Notes under the pieces: generated by a model
Database searches by the model: none
What the model saw: the letters and a program-made list of their open reading frames with translations, nothing else
What the model was told of the DNA's origin: nothing
Assembly (NCBI GenBank): GCA_963745835.1
Contig: CAVUZH010000003.1
Span: forward strand, 512,001 to 576,000
Length of the DNA stretch: 64,000 nt
Source of the DNA: an uncultured delta proteobacterium
GTDB taxonomy: Bacteria; Desulfobacterota; Binatia; UBA9968
Direction of reading: 5' to 3'
Shown: positions 40,099 through 49,056 of the stretch, piece after piece
How positions within the stretch are numbered: position 1 is the stretch's first letter
Layout of the letters: the number at the start of each line of letters is the position of its first letter
Made by a program: the position numbers and the translations under genes

Positions 40099-40183
40099 TC
40101 ATGCCGGGAAGCCGGTATCCAAAAGTTTTTAATTCCTGGATTCCGCGTAGCCGCCGCCCTGCACCGGGGTTGCCTGGAATGAC
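40099..40183. repeat. REP-like palindromic element
   Basis: TCATGCCGGGAAGCCGGTATCCA ... TGGATTCC ... GGAATGAC inverted pair in an intergenic region. Confidence 0.4.
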
Positions 40184-40242
40184 GATCAAGCATAAATGAC
40201 CTTTCTTACAGAACAGTAGAATGTCACAAGGTTCCATTTCAG

Positions 40243-41280
40243 ATGAATTCTAAAGACAACAAAAAAATAAAAGTCATTTTTTACGGTGTAGGCGCGATCG
40301 GCAGTGAGGCGGCTAAATTTGGTTTGAGCCGCCCAGGGCTCAAGGTAGTCGGAGCTATCGATTCTGATCCAGGTAAAATTGGACTCGATCTCGGCACGGT
40401 TTTAGGGTTTGAAAAAAACCTCGGCATAAAAGTGAGCGGCGATCCCGCTGCGCTCTTCAGCGAGGTTGAAGCGGATGTCGTCGTGCTCACAACCGGTTCC
40501 TTCCTGCCGGCAATATACGAGCAGCTCGAGACCGCAGTCCGGGCCGGGCTCAATGTAGTCACCTCGGCAGAAGAGCTGGCTTTTCCAACATTGCAAAGCG
40601 CGCAGTTGGCGGAAAAACTCGATCAGCTCGCCAAAGAAAAGGGCGTTACGATCAAGGCCGCCGGTATCAATCCCGGGTTCGTGATGGACAGCCTTATCGT
40701 ATTCCTAGCGACAGCCTCGGCCGACATCGAGCACGTGTGGGCGAAACGGGTGGTCGATTGCTCGCTGCGCCGCAGACAGCTGCAAATGAAGATGGGAGCG
40801 GGTCTGCGTGTCGATCAGTTTAAGGCCAGTCTCGGCAATAAAATTTTCGGCCATCTGGGACTGATGGAGTCGGCGGCACTCGTGGCTGACGCACTCGGTA
40901 TGATTCCCGATCGAATTACCCAATCCGTCGAGCCGGTGATCGCGGAAGGTAACGTCGAGTCGGAACACGTAAGAGTAAAATCTGGTGAAGTTTCCGGCAT
41001 GCGCCAGGTCGCGCGCTGTCTAAGCAACGGCAAGGAATGCGTCAGCCTCGAAGTGCTTTTTTGCGTGGGAGCGACGGAGCCGCAGGATCAGATCGTGGTT
41101 AAGGGAATGACGAACATCGATGTTACGATCAAAGATGGCATTGCCGGCGACCAAGCCACCGTCGCGATTCTGATTAACGCTATTGCTCCGATTTTGGAAG
41201 CCAAACCCGGACTCCTGACGCCAACCGGAAAAAGCATCGCCGAAATCACGTGGCGCTGCCCTGTGGATCTAGGTTACTGA
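40243..41280 (+). CDS. NAD(P)-dependent dehydrogenase, 2,4-diaminopentanoate dehydrogenase/DapB-like family
   Basis: YGVGAIG Rossmann motif, NVVTSAEEL, GINPGFVMD, GHLGLMES, GIAGDQAT. Confidence 0.82.
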   Translation: MNSKDNKKIKVIFYGVGAIGSEAAKFGLSRPGLKVVGAIDSDPGKIGLDLGTVLGFEKNLGIKVSGDPAALFSEVEADVVVLTTGSFLPAIYEQLETAVRAGLNVVTSAEELAFPTLQSAQLAEKLDQLAKEKGVTIKAAGINPGFVMDSLIVFLATASADIEHVWAKRVVDCSLRRRQLQMKMGAGLRVDQFKASLGNKIFGHLGLMESAALVADALGMIPDRITQSVEPVIAEGNVESEHVRVKSGEVSGMRQVARCLSNGKECVSLEVLFCVGATEPQDQIVVKGMTNIDVTIKDGIAGDQATVAILINAIAPILEAKPGLLTPTGKSIAEITWRCPVDLGY

Positions 41281-41340
41281 TTCGCGCATGCCTGACACAA
41301 ACATTTCTCAGATTGATATCACTCATCCCTGAAGCCATGG

Positions 41341-41360
41341 AGATTCAAGACGCGGACCCC
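41341..41360 (+). repeat. Island repeat R1
   Basis: AGATTCAAGACGCGGACCCC (one extra G relative to R2/R4). Confidence 0.8.
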
Positions 41361-41557
41361 TAATCCTGAATCGCGCCTTCCGCGCATCGCTCAAGATCAC
41401 GAGGCGACGCCAATTATGCTGGCGTGAACCATCAAAACAATAGTGAACAACGCTCGCGATAGCAAAGCTGAGCCCCAGATCATTATTCACCCCGAACTAT
41501 TTTCCTCCATCGTACCGAAATCATTGCGGGCATGCCGCTGGCATGCTACCGTTAAAT

Positions 41558-41791
41558 ATGGCCAATATTCAAGTTAAAAATATTCCCGAGAAACTGCACA
41601 ATCAGCTTCGTCGCTATGCCCGGGAGAAGGGCTGCACCCTGGGAGAGATCATTTTAAAAGCCATCGAGCGAGAGGTGTCGCGGCGAGAATGGCAGAAACG
41701 TTTTTTGGGCCGGCCTTCGACGCAGCTTCGTAGCTCGGCGGCTAAGCTGCTCGAGGAAGAACGCCGGCATCGCGACAGTGATCTTCTGTGA
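41558..41791 (+). CDS. RHH (FitA/VapB-like) antitoxin
   Basis: MANIQVKNIPEKLHNQLRRYA ribbon-helix-helix pattern; GTGA overlap with the PIN toxin gene. Confidence 0.85.
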   Translation: MANIQVKNIPEKLHNQLRRYAREKGCTLGEIILKAIEREVSRREWQKRFLGRPSTQLRSSAAKLLEEERRHRDSDLL

Positions 41792-42183
41792 GTCGCTATG
41801 TTATCGACGCCTCCGCGGCCGTGGAGTACCTTCTTCGAACATCATTGGGGCTCAAAGTTGCTAACATCGTTGAAGATGGTCTCTTATTGGCCCCTGAGTT
41901 ATTGGATGTGGAAGTGCTCTCGGTTCTAAGACGCGCTGTATTGCGCCGGGAGGTTGACGAGCAGCGCGCATTGCGCGCCATCGAAGATCTTATGAGTTGG
42001 CCTATCGATCGTATTCCTCATACATCGCTCCTTTGGGCAGCATGGCAACACCGCACTAATGTGAGCGCTTATGATGCGTTTTATGTAGCGGCAGCAAGTC
42101 TATGTGACGCGCCGCTTATTACCGCGGATGGTCCACTTTCGCGTGCGCCTTCGCTTGGAATTGTGGTTGAGAACGTACGATAA
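41788..42183 (+). CDS. vapC: PIN-domain (VapC) toxin
   Basis: YVIDASA, APELLDVEV, SAYDAFYVAAA, PLITAD acidic PIN residues. Confidence 0.92.
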   Translation: MSRYVIDASAAVEYLLRTSLGLKVANIVEDGLLLAPELLDVEVLSVLRRAVLRREVDEQRALRAIEDLMSWPIDRIPHTSLLWAAWQHRTNVSAYDAFYVAAASLCDAPLITADGPLSRAPSLGIVVENVR

Positions 42184-42346
42184 GCCGCGACTGGATCGGT
42201 GAGCCGCCAAATCGAGCCGAGAAAAGGCTTTTATGTCCTTCATCGTGGGGTCCAATTGCGCCCATATTCCGCCGGAAACGCTATCTGAGGCGGCGATAGT
42301 TAAGAAAGGCTCGAACTTGAATTCAGGCGTGCAGGTTAAGTGGACA

Positions 42347-42370
42347 TCAAGATTCAAGACGCGACCCCAA
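42347..42370 (+). repeat. Island repeat R2
   Basis: TCAAGATTCAAGACGCGACCCCAA, identical to R4. Confidence 0.9.
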
Positions 42371-42379
42371 CGCGCCTCA

Positions 42380-43324
42380 ATGATGTTGGCGGTGGGATTC
42401 TTATTATCTTTCGCCGTCGGCGGCTATTCTGCCGAGCTCAGAAAACTCAGCCTGGCGTATTCCACAGTAGGTCCGTCAGGAACCGGATTGTGGATGGCCA
42501 AGGAGATCGGTGCCTTTGAGAAATATGGCATCAACGCTGATCTGATTTTTATTTCTTCCGGCCCGGTGGTCGTTCAGGCGCTGATCGGCGGTGACCTTCA
42601 CGGCGGGTTGGCGGCGACCAATGCGGTGATATCGGCAGTGATGGCGGGTGCTCCACTGGTCTCGGTGATGAGTCTGGTTAACCGTCCCTACTTTCGACTG
42701 TGGGTACAGCCGGAGATTACCCGGATAGAGGATCTGCGCGGCAAGACTTTGGGCGTTTCCCGATTCGGATCCGTGACTGACAATCTGACGCGGATTTTGC
42801 TTCGCAAACAAGGGTTGGAGGGCGCGGTCAACGTGCGGCAAATGGGCGGCACGGCAGAAATGTCGGTCGCGTTTGGGCGCCGGCAAATTGCTGGCGCCGT
42901 CTTAGCGGTGCTGCGTGTGGATGCGCCGATGAGGATGCTCGTGGATCTGGATGAACTGGGGATCCAGTACTCCAACGTTGTGATTGCAGTACCTCAAGAC
43001 TTTTACCGCCGATCTTCACTGGCCGTGGAAGGAATGGTACGGGGGTATCTTGAAGGTGTCGCCGCGGTAAACCAACAGAAGGAAATGGCATTCAAGGTGA
43101 TCGCGAAATATACCCGCCTTAAGGAGCCGAAGTTAATCGAGGAACTTTATAACGACGCAGTTAAATTTTTGGATCGCGCACCACGGGTGGAACAAGAAGC
43201 GATTGCGCCGATTGTGGAATTCATGGGCAAGAAGCCCATTTCAGTCGACGCCATCGCCGATAATAGCATCATAGATAAGCTCGTGCGTGAAGGTTTTATC
43301 GATCGACTTTACAGGAAACGTTAA
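42380..43324 (+). CDS. NMT1/SsuA-like substrate-binding protein; start uncertain because R2 is in frame upstream
   Basis: LWMAKEIGAFEKYGINADL, LRGKTLGVSRFGSVTD. Confidence 0.85.
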   Translation: MMLAVGFLLSFAVGGYSAELRKLSLAYSTVGPSGTGLWMAKEIGAFEKYGINADLIFISSGPVVVQALIGGDLHGGLAATNAVISAVMAGAPLVSVMSLVNRPYFRLWVQPEITRIEDLRGKTLGVSRFGSVTDNLTRILLRKQGLEGAVNVRQMGGTAEMSVAFGRRQIAGAVLAVLRVDAPMRMLVDLDELGIQYSNVVIAVPQDFYRRSSLAVEGMVRGYLEGVAAVNQQKEMAFKVIAKYTRLKEPKLIEELYNDAVKFLDRAPRVEQEAIAPIVEFMGKKPISVDAIADNSIIDKLVREGFIDRLYRKR

Positions 43325-43674
43325 GTGGACTTCTGCATCCACGCTCGTCGGGGTTCGAAAAACTCGACAGACAACCTCGCTTTGCCGACTGAACCCAAAC
43401 GATTTTCAATCGGTGAAGAGTTAGGTGAAAATCGTATAATCTGTCGTCTTGAAACATGTAGGGAAGACGTAGAACAATCAATGCTCGTACTATGCGTTGG
43501 TTGATCGCTAGGCTAAGTTCTAACTTGTTTGATCGTTTTGACCCTCACTTCCACGCTTCCGATCCTAGACTTGGTCAGTGTATAATCCGTCCCATGACTT
43601 GTTCAGGACGATATCTAAAGCGCTGTCACAGTCGACGTCCTTGAGTCTTGATAGATGAAAGGTTGCAGTTCCCT

Positions 43675-43914
43675 GTGAGTCCAACTGTCTTTCGTGTTAA
43701 AGGTTATCGATTCTTTTTTTTCTCTCGCGAGGAGTCCCGGATTCACGTGCACATATATTGCGGTGACGGCGAGGCAAAATTTTGGCTCGAACCTCAAGTT
43801 GAATTAGCGGTAAACTCGCGCCTGTCGCGTCGCCAGATCAAAGAAATCGAAGAAATCATCGAGGATCGTTACGATGAACTTAAGCATGCCTGGAACAAAC
43901 ATTTCTCCGGTTGA
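43675..43914 (+). CDS. DUF4160 protein (DhiT-like toxin)
   Basis: SPTVFRVKGYRFFFFSREESRIHVHI...AKFWLEP...WNKHF. Confidence 0.88.
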   Translation: MSPTVFRVKGYRFFFFSREESRIHVHIYCGDGEAKFWLEPQVELAVNSRLSRRQIKEIEEIIEDRYDELKHAWNKHFSG

Positions 43915-44134
43915 AATTACCCACATCTCAAGCCATGGAGTCTGGCTTTTGGCTAACGGTCACGAGTTGTTTATGTCGTATGATGACTTCCCATGGTTTA
44001 AGGATGTACCAGTAGGCAAGATTCTAAACGTCGAACAACCGACGCCGGGTCATTTTTATTGGCCCGATTTGGACGTGGATTTAAGCGAGGAGATCATTAG
44101 TCATCCCGAACGGTTTCCGCTGAAAGCAAAGTAG
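43886..44134 (+). CDS. DUF2442 protein (DhiA-like antitoxin)
   Basis: SYDDFPWF...HFYWPDLDVDLS...PERFPL; overlaps the DUF4160 gene. Confidence 0.88.
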   Translation: MPGTNISPVEITHISSHGVWLLANGHELFMSYDDFPWFKDVPVGKILNVEQPTPGHFYWPDLDVDLSEEIISHPERFPLKAK

Positions 44135-44185
44135 GTATCGACCCGCATGATCACCGGTACTTCGTCGCCGTGCTAATGTTTATTC

Positions 44186-44419
44186 ATGGCCAATATTCAA
44201 GTTAAAGATATTCCCGAGAGACTGCACAATCAGCTTCGTCGCTATGCCCAGGAGAAAGGCTGCACACTTGGAGAGATCATTGTAGAAGCCATCAAGCGAG
44301 AGGTGTCGCGGCGGGAATGGCACAAGGGTTTGTTGAGCCGTCCGTCAACGCAGCTTCGAAGCTCGGCCGCTCAGTTGCTCGAGGAAGACCGCCGACAGCG
44401 CGACAGTGATGCTACATAA
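44186..44419 (+). CDS. Orphan RHH antitoxin, paralog of 41558-41791
   Basis: 62/77 identical residues by manual alignment; no PIN gene follows. Confidence 0.82.
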   Translation: MANIQVKDIPERLHNQLRRYAQEKGCTLGEIIVEAIKREVSRREWHKGLLSRPSTQLRSSAAQLLEEDRRQRDSDAT

Positions 44420-44511
44420 ACGCACCAGAGTGCTGGGGTGCTATACAATGCAGCGCAGTCGCGGTCAGAAGAAGCAATACTGGAAGGAGGTGGGGGCGTC
44501 AATAGAAGGTT

Positions 44512-44529
44512 AAGATTCAAGACGCGACC
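44512..44529 (+). repeat. Island repeat R3
   Basis: AAGATTCAAGACGCGACC. Confidence 0.85.
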
Positions 44530-44620
44530 GTCAAAGGACAATGAGCCGATGGCGCGGTTCGTGATGAATGATTCCATCTTTGCGAGACGCTCAGTGGCTA
44601 TTCATTAGTGCACATCAAAT

Positions 44621-45094
44621 ATGAACACGCTCACGCCATCAGTTGCTCAATTTGACGGCAGTTTGCTCCGCAGAGGATTTTGGGTTTACGTTGTCGAGAT
44701 AGCTAGCATGTCACGCAAGCACTATTATGTCGGCCGGACTGGCGACACTTCATCTCCATTTGCTTCGTCGCTCTTCGACCGACTTTCCGCACATCTTAAT
44801 CAAAAGCCATCTGCAAAAGGAAATTCGCTTTACAAGAGATTCCTAACGAGCTTGATTGCACCGAATGTATACCGTGTCATTTGTAACGGTCCGCAGTTCG
44901 AGCAGCAAGTAAATATGGCTTCGCACCGACCCTTGCGCGACCAAATGGCTGCTCTTGAGAGTCATGTCGCTGAACTTTTGCGGTCGCGACGCTACTCCGT
45001 CATTGGCGCGCATCCTCGCGCTAGACCAGCTGACGCAGCTCTTCTGGAAAGAGTGCTGCCAATTATCGATAAGCATTTTCCAGGTGCAGGCTAA
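44621..45094 (+). CDS. GIY-YIG-like nuclease domain protein
   Basis: GFWVYVV...YYVGRTG...RLSAHL, with a later ALE Glu, matching the GIY-YIG motif order. Confidence 0.55.
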   Translation: MNTLTPSVAQFDGSLLRRGFWVYVVEIASMSRKHYYVGRTGDTSSPFASSLFDRLSAHLNQKPSAKGNSLYKRFLTSLIAPNVYRVICNGPQFEQQVNMASHRPLRDQMAALESHVAELLRSRRYSVIGAHPRARPADAALLERVLPIIDKHFPGAG

Positions 45095-45155
45095 ACATGC
45101 CTGGCAGGGTCGTGAACCAAGGGTTGTGTTCTCTATTGTTGCGTCTTTTCGTTGG

Positions 45156-45494
45156 GCAATATGTACAATTTGCTGACCATCATAAATTCGTCTGTTCAAC
45201 CTCCTGCATAGCGGGTGACCAGCTTCCTCAAAAAGGCATGAATCTGATTTCTTGGGACAGATCTATCGGTGAAATCTAGGCTAGATTTGAATGCTGACCA
45301 GCACGATAGAAGAAAGCGGACGGAAACGAAAACCTTAAGACATACAGACTGTCGCTCGACCATAAGAAATGGCTAACACGAAACCAGTTTCAGATCGTGA
45401 GGCACCAATAATGGGCCATAAAATTTAGTCCGCCGATCAGCCATATTAGATCATGAAAGAAGAGCATCGACAGCGGATGAAACAGATCGTGAGA
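45156..45494. repeat. Non-coding homology block A (partner at 48688-48982)
   Basis: Collinear shared segments: exact ATCATAAATTCGTCTGTT, GCATAGCGG.TGACCA, TGATTT(G)CTTGGGAC, ATTTG.ATGCT.AC.AGCACG, CAGATCGTGAGA. Confidence 0.7.
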
Positions 45495-45652
45495 GCTAGA
45501 TTGCCGATAGACGATCACGGCGCGGTTTTTCTAGGCAAGCCAAAAGCGATGAGAGGATCGATATAATTTGTACAAATCGGAAGATACGTTGTGGTTAGCG
45601 TGCAAGGAAAATCAGATTTTACGGGATTTTCGAAATCCGCTGATGGCCAACG

Positions 45653-45676
45653 TCAAGATTCAAGACGCGACCCCAA
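45653..45676 (+). repeat. Island repeat R4
   Basis: TCAAGATTCAAGACGCGACCCCAA. Confidence 0.9.
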
Positions 45677-45715
45677 CCCGCAACTTTTGTCCTTCGAGCG
45701 GCGGCCCGCTGTTTT

Positions 45716-46475
45716 TTAGCCAATCTTCTTGACTCCTTCTCGCAACGTAATTTCAATTGTGCCGTCGGGTAGCTTCCTTTCGACATAGGGAGGCTCATAG
45801 GCGAAAAGTTTCCTGTAGAGGGCGGATGAGAATAAGACGCTGATGACTACAACGATAGCAACAACGACAAAGATTCCTGACTAAGAAGTCGGGCTCGGCA
45901 CAACGGATCAAAGTGTGCGCAACGGCTCATACCGGAGGCTCGCGATGGCACGTCCAACAAGGATGTAACGAGGAAAAACCCAACGATCAGCATGGACCAC
46001 CACTCTGCCTCGAATATTCTACCCACAGGGGAGCCTTTGGGGGGCTTCAGCCAAAGCAAGACCGGGGTGATGGCAAATATCCCCGCGGTGAACAGCAACC
46101 CGTAGGCGCACAGCATTGCGAGGACAATCACAGCTACGTATGCGACTGTCTCGACAGATCGATATATCCCCGCTGCCGCAAGCATCAGTATAGTAGCACG
46201 CACGAGAAACAGAGTGATTTTGAAGTCGACTTGAGCGAGGTGCCAGCGGCGCACGTCCCAGACTGCATGACGAAATCGATCGTGCATCGTGTCAGCGCGT
46301 AGATGATGCCGCAAGCTAGGATCAACGGTACTGAGGCATTAGATAGATCTACGGTGCCTGCCGGACCCGCGTCTAGCGATTTGACGTCTAACTGTGCTGC
46401 GGACCAAGCCAGGGCGATACCGCAAAGTACAGACGTGTTCCTCCTCGATCGACGGTAGGCGTCGGATATTTCCAC
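45716..46475 (-). pseudogene. Frameshifted multi-TM membrane protein gene
   Basis: AGGAGG RBS and GTG at 46475; protein-like hydrophobic sequence continues across three frames (MEISDAYRRSRRN.. / ..VRRWHLAQVDF.. / ..GIFVVVAIVVVISVLFSSALYRKLFAYEPPYVERKLPDGTIEI..KKIG-stop). Confidence 0.65.
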
Positions 46476-46782
46476 AATGGACCTCCTAAGGTCATGTAAT
46501 GTGTGTGTTAAGAATAGATACTAAACAAGCCGCACTTCTCAGCTGCCAAATTCGTCACCCAATGTGCATCGTCGCGGGTTAAAGCTCATCGTTTCGTCAT
46601 GAATTCGTCTTGACACTACCATAGCACAGCATACTTTACGCATCTGTTTTAACGCCGGGAAGATGTCGCCGCGACGGCCCGGTGAGTACTGTTCTGCCTT
46701 CGCGATATCGCATGCGACCGTCTGCCATTTCGCCACATCACGTGGCGTGCTGAAGCAACCAAGACTAAACTAGAGGCATCCT

Positions 46783-48569
46783 ATGGCCACACCGAGTCCA
46801 CTGTTAGCGCTGTTCAAAGAACAACTGGAAGCCGAGTGCGAATCGTTGGCAAAAAAGCATGGACTAAAGAACCGTGGCGATTTCTTGGTCTACTGGTATT
46901 TCATTCGTCTGTATGAGTTTACGGATGTAGAGGTTGAGGAAATAGCCTGCGACGGCGGAGGCGACTTGGGAATCGATGCGATATGGATCGATGATGAAGC
47001 ATTAGTTCATTTTTACAATTTCAAGAATCCCGAGGACCCAGCTAAGGGGTTCCCTGCTGGCGAAGTCGATAAGACGATTTCCGGCTTGCAAGTGATCCTT
47101 AGTAAAAAACATGACCAAATCGCCAACTCGGAGTTAAAGGCTCGGCTAGATGAAGTTTACCAGCAGTTGCCGAAGGGCTACCGAGTACACTTTATAACTA
47201 GCGGCGAAGGGATCTCACATGAATCCAAGGTAAAACTCGACGCCTTCGTCGATTCGCTCAAAGGGCCATCTAACAGCCTTGTTTCATGGGATGAACAGCC
47301 CCTAAGCCAGCTTCAAGAGCAGTTTTATCAACAGAGCCTTTGCGGTAAAGATCTTAAGGTTTCGGCTGCCAGCCGCGCCGTACATGTTGCGATCCGGCGT
47401 AGCGGATGCCAATCTTACATCCAGCGGCGAAATGCTTGCCGATCTTTATGGAAAGCATGGGGAAGGGTTGCTGCAACGCAATATCCGAGTTGATCAGCGC
47501 GAAACTGCTACGAACAGATCTATCGAAGCAACTTGTACGGGCGACGACTCGAAGAATTTTCTTCATTTCAACAATGGAGTGACCTTTCTAGGAAAGCGGC
47601 AGCCCAGTGATGACAAAGCCGCGTACTGAAAAAGCTCAGTGGTGAACTTCGGAGAAGGGGTTCACTATCTCGCAAAAAAGGGTCCCAAGAATGTCATCTT
47701 TTTTGGCAAGGGCTATCATTTTCAGCGGTGATAAGACTTTGAGAACAATGTCGCGGTGAATCAAAATAACCAGAATCCGGTAGGCACTGGCTTCTTGCGA
47801 TCGAATGACCAAAGAGTTGTTCAGCTCGACCATGCCCTCGCATCGCGTGGCTGGTATCTGGAGCGGAGAGAAGGGGAACTAAAGAGCGCCACACCTGAGG
47901 AACTTGAAACTATCCAGAGACGGATTGGTCATTCCTGTAAAAGAGAAAGATTCGGTTGAAAGACGGTGCTCAAGCTTATACCGCATCGTTCTATCAAAAG
48001 CGAAATCGAAAAAAAACCGAAGAAGATCTTCTTATCAGTCGAGGACGGGGGCAACTACGAAAGAATCTTTTCCGTTGATATGACAGCGGAGAAGATGATC
48101 ATAGCTCATGAGATTAAGACCGTCGTGGATGATTTTGTCCGAAAGTTCGCGGCCATCCGTCATAAACTCCAAACCTCGAAAAAATTCAAGCTGCAAACGA
48201 GGATGCTCTAGGAATGCAGTTTGGTACGCAGACCTCATCGAAGAGATCCATCAAGTCATGGCGCAGTGCTCGCTATTTCTTTGCGGAACAATCTTCAAGG
48301 ATCTGGTGGATTTACGGCGGAACGCTGCTTCTCTGATACCAGGTATTTTGAAGGATGAAGGAACCGCGCTGATTCAGGAGCATCTGCTCCATATTATCGA
48401 TTATGCCAAGAGCAACAAGGATAAAGCCGATAGAAGCTGGCCGGTCCTTCTTAAAAGCAATACTTTCTTTAATTATATCACAGCATACCTTGCAGGTGTC
48501 CGCGGATCGCCGACAGTATCCGGCTCGCGTCCCAATAAGGGAAAAAAAACGGACAGTAGAAAGAAATGA
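46783..48569 (+). pseudogene. AIPR family (abortive-infection phage resistance-associated) protein, multiply frameshifted
   Basis: N-terminal DGGGDLGIDAIWID; LLQRNIR, FLHFNNGVT and NQNNQNPVGTGFLRSND motifs spread over several short ORFs. Confidence 0.8.
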
Positions 48570-48604
48570 TAGATGTCATTTAGAACGGCAACGAGGCTGC
48601 CAAC

Positions 48605-48625
48605 GGGGTCAGGCTCGCTATTCTT
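48605..48625 (-). repeat. Inverted variant of the island repeat (R5)
   Basis: GGGGTCAGGCTCGCTATTCTT; reverse complement AAGAATAGCGAGCCTGACCCC shares AAGA..GACCCC with R1-R4. Confidence 0.45.
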
Positions 48626-48687
48626 GGTCTCCTCGAAAGCTGTCGGTATAATATTTTGATCCGCGGCGGAGGGCGCACGTGGCTTGC

Positions 48688-48982
48688 GCAATATACACAA
48701 TTTACAAACTGGAGATCATAAATTCGTCTGTTAACAAACCCCGCATAGCGGCTGACCACGTTCCACAAGAATGCACGGTTTCGATGCCGAAAGGCATTGG
48801 TGTAGGAGCAATCACTTGCGCCGTGAGTGAGCGAGATCGGATCTGTCCGCTTGTGATTTGCTTGGGACGGAATCTGTGTATGGATCGGTAAAACCTAGGC
48901 GTGAGAAATTTCTGTTCTCTCGGCAATTTGTATGCTAACGAGCACGTTGGTAGAACCGGATCATGGAAACCAGATCGTGAGA
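48688..48982. repeat. Non-coding homology block B
   Basis: Collinear homolog of 45156-45494, differing by indels. Confidence 0.7.
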
Positions 48983-49056
48983 TGTAGTGTTATTGAGTCA
49001 GAGCATTCAGAAATCGGCTTAACGCTAAACGATGCGACTAACGATCGGAGGCAGAG

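Noticed and set aside
41341-45676. CRISPR array from the 20-24 bp repeats
   Set aside because: Repeats are 1-2 kb apart and separated by whole genes; no regular 30-40 bp spacers and no cas genes.
44600-46500. Classical integron attC sites (GGCTAAACATGCCTGGCAG after the GIY-YIG-like gene; CTTAGGAGG before the membrane gene)
   Set aside because: Only vague resemblance to core sites; I could not find complete RYYYAAC...GTTRRRY palindromes or an intI gene. IntegronFinder would settle it.
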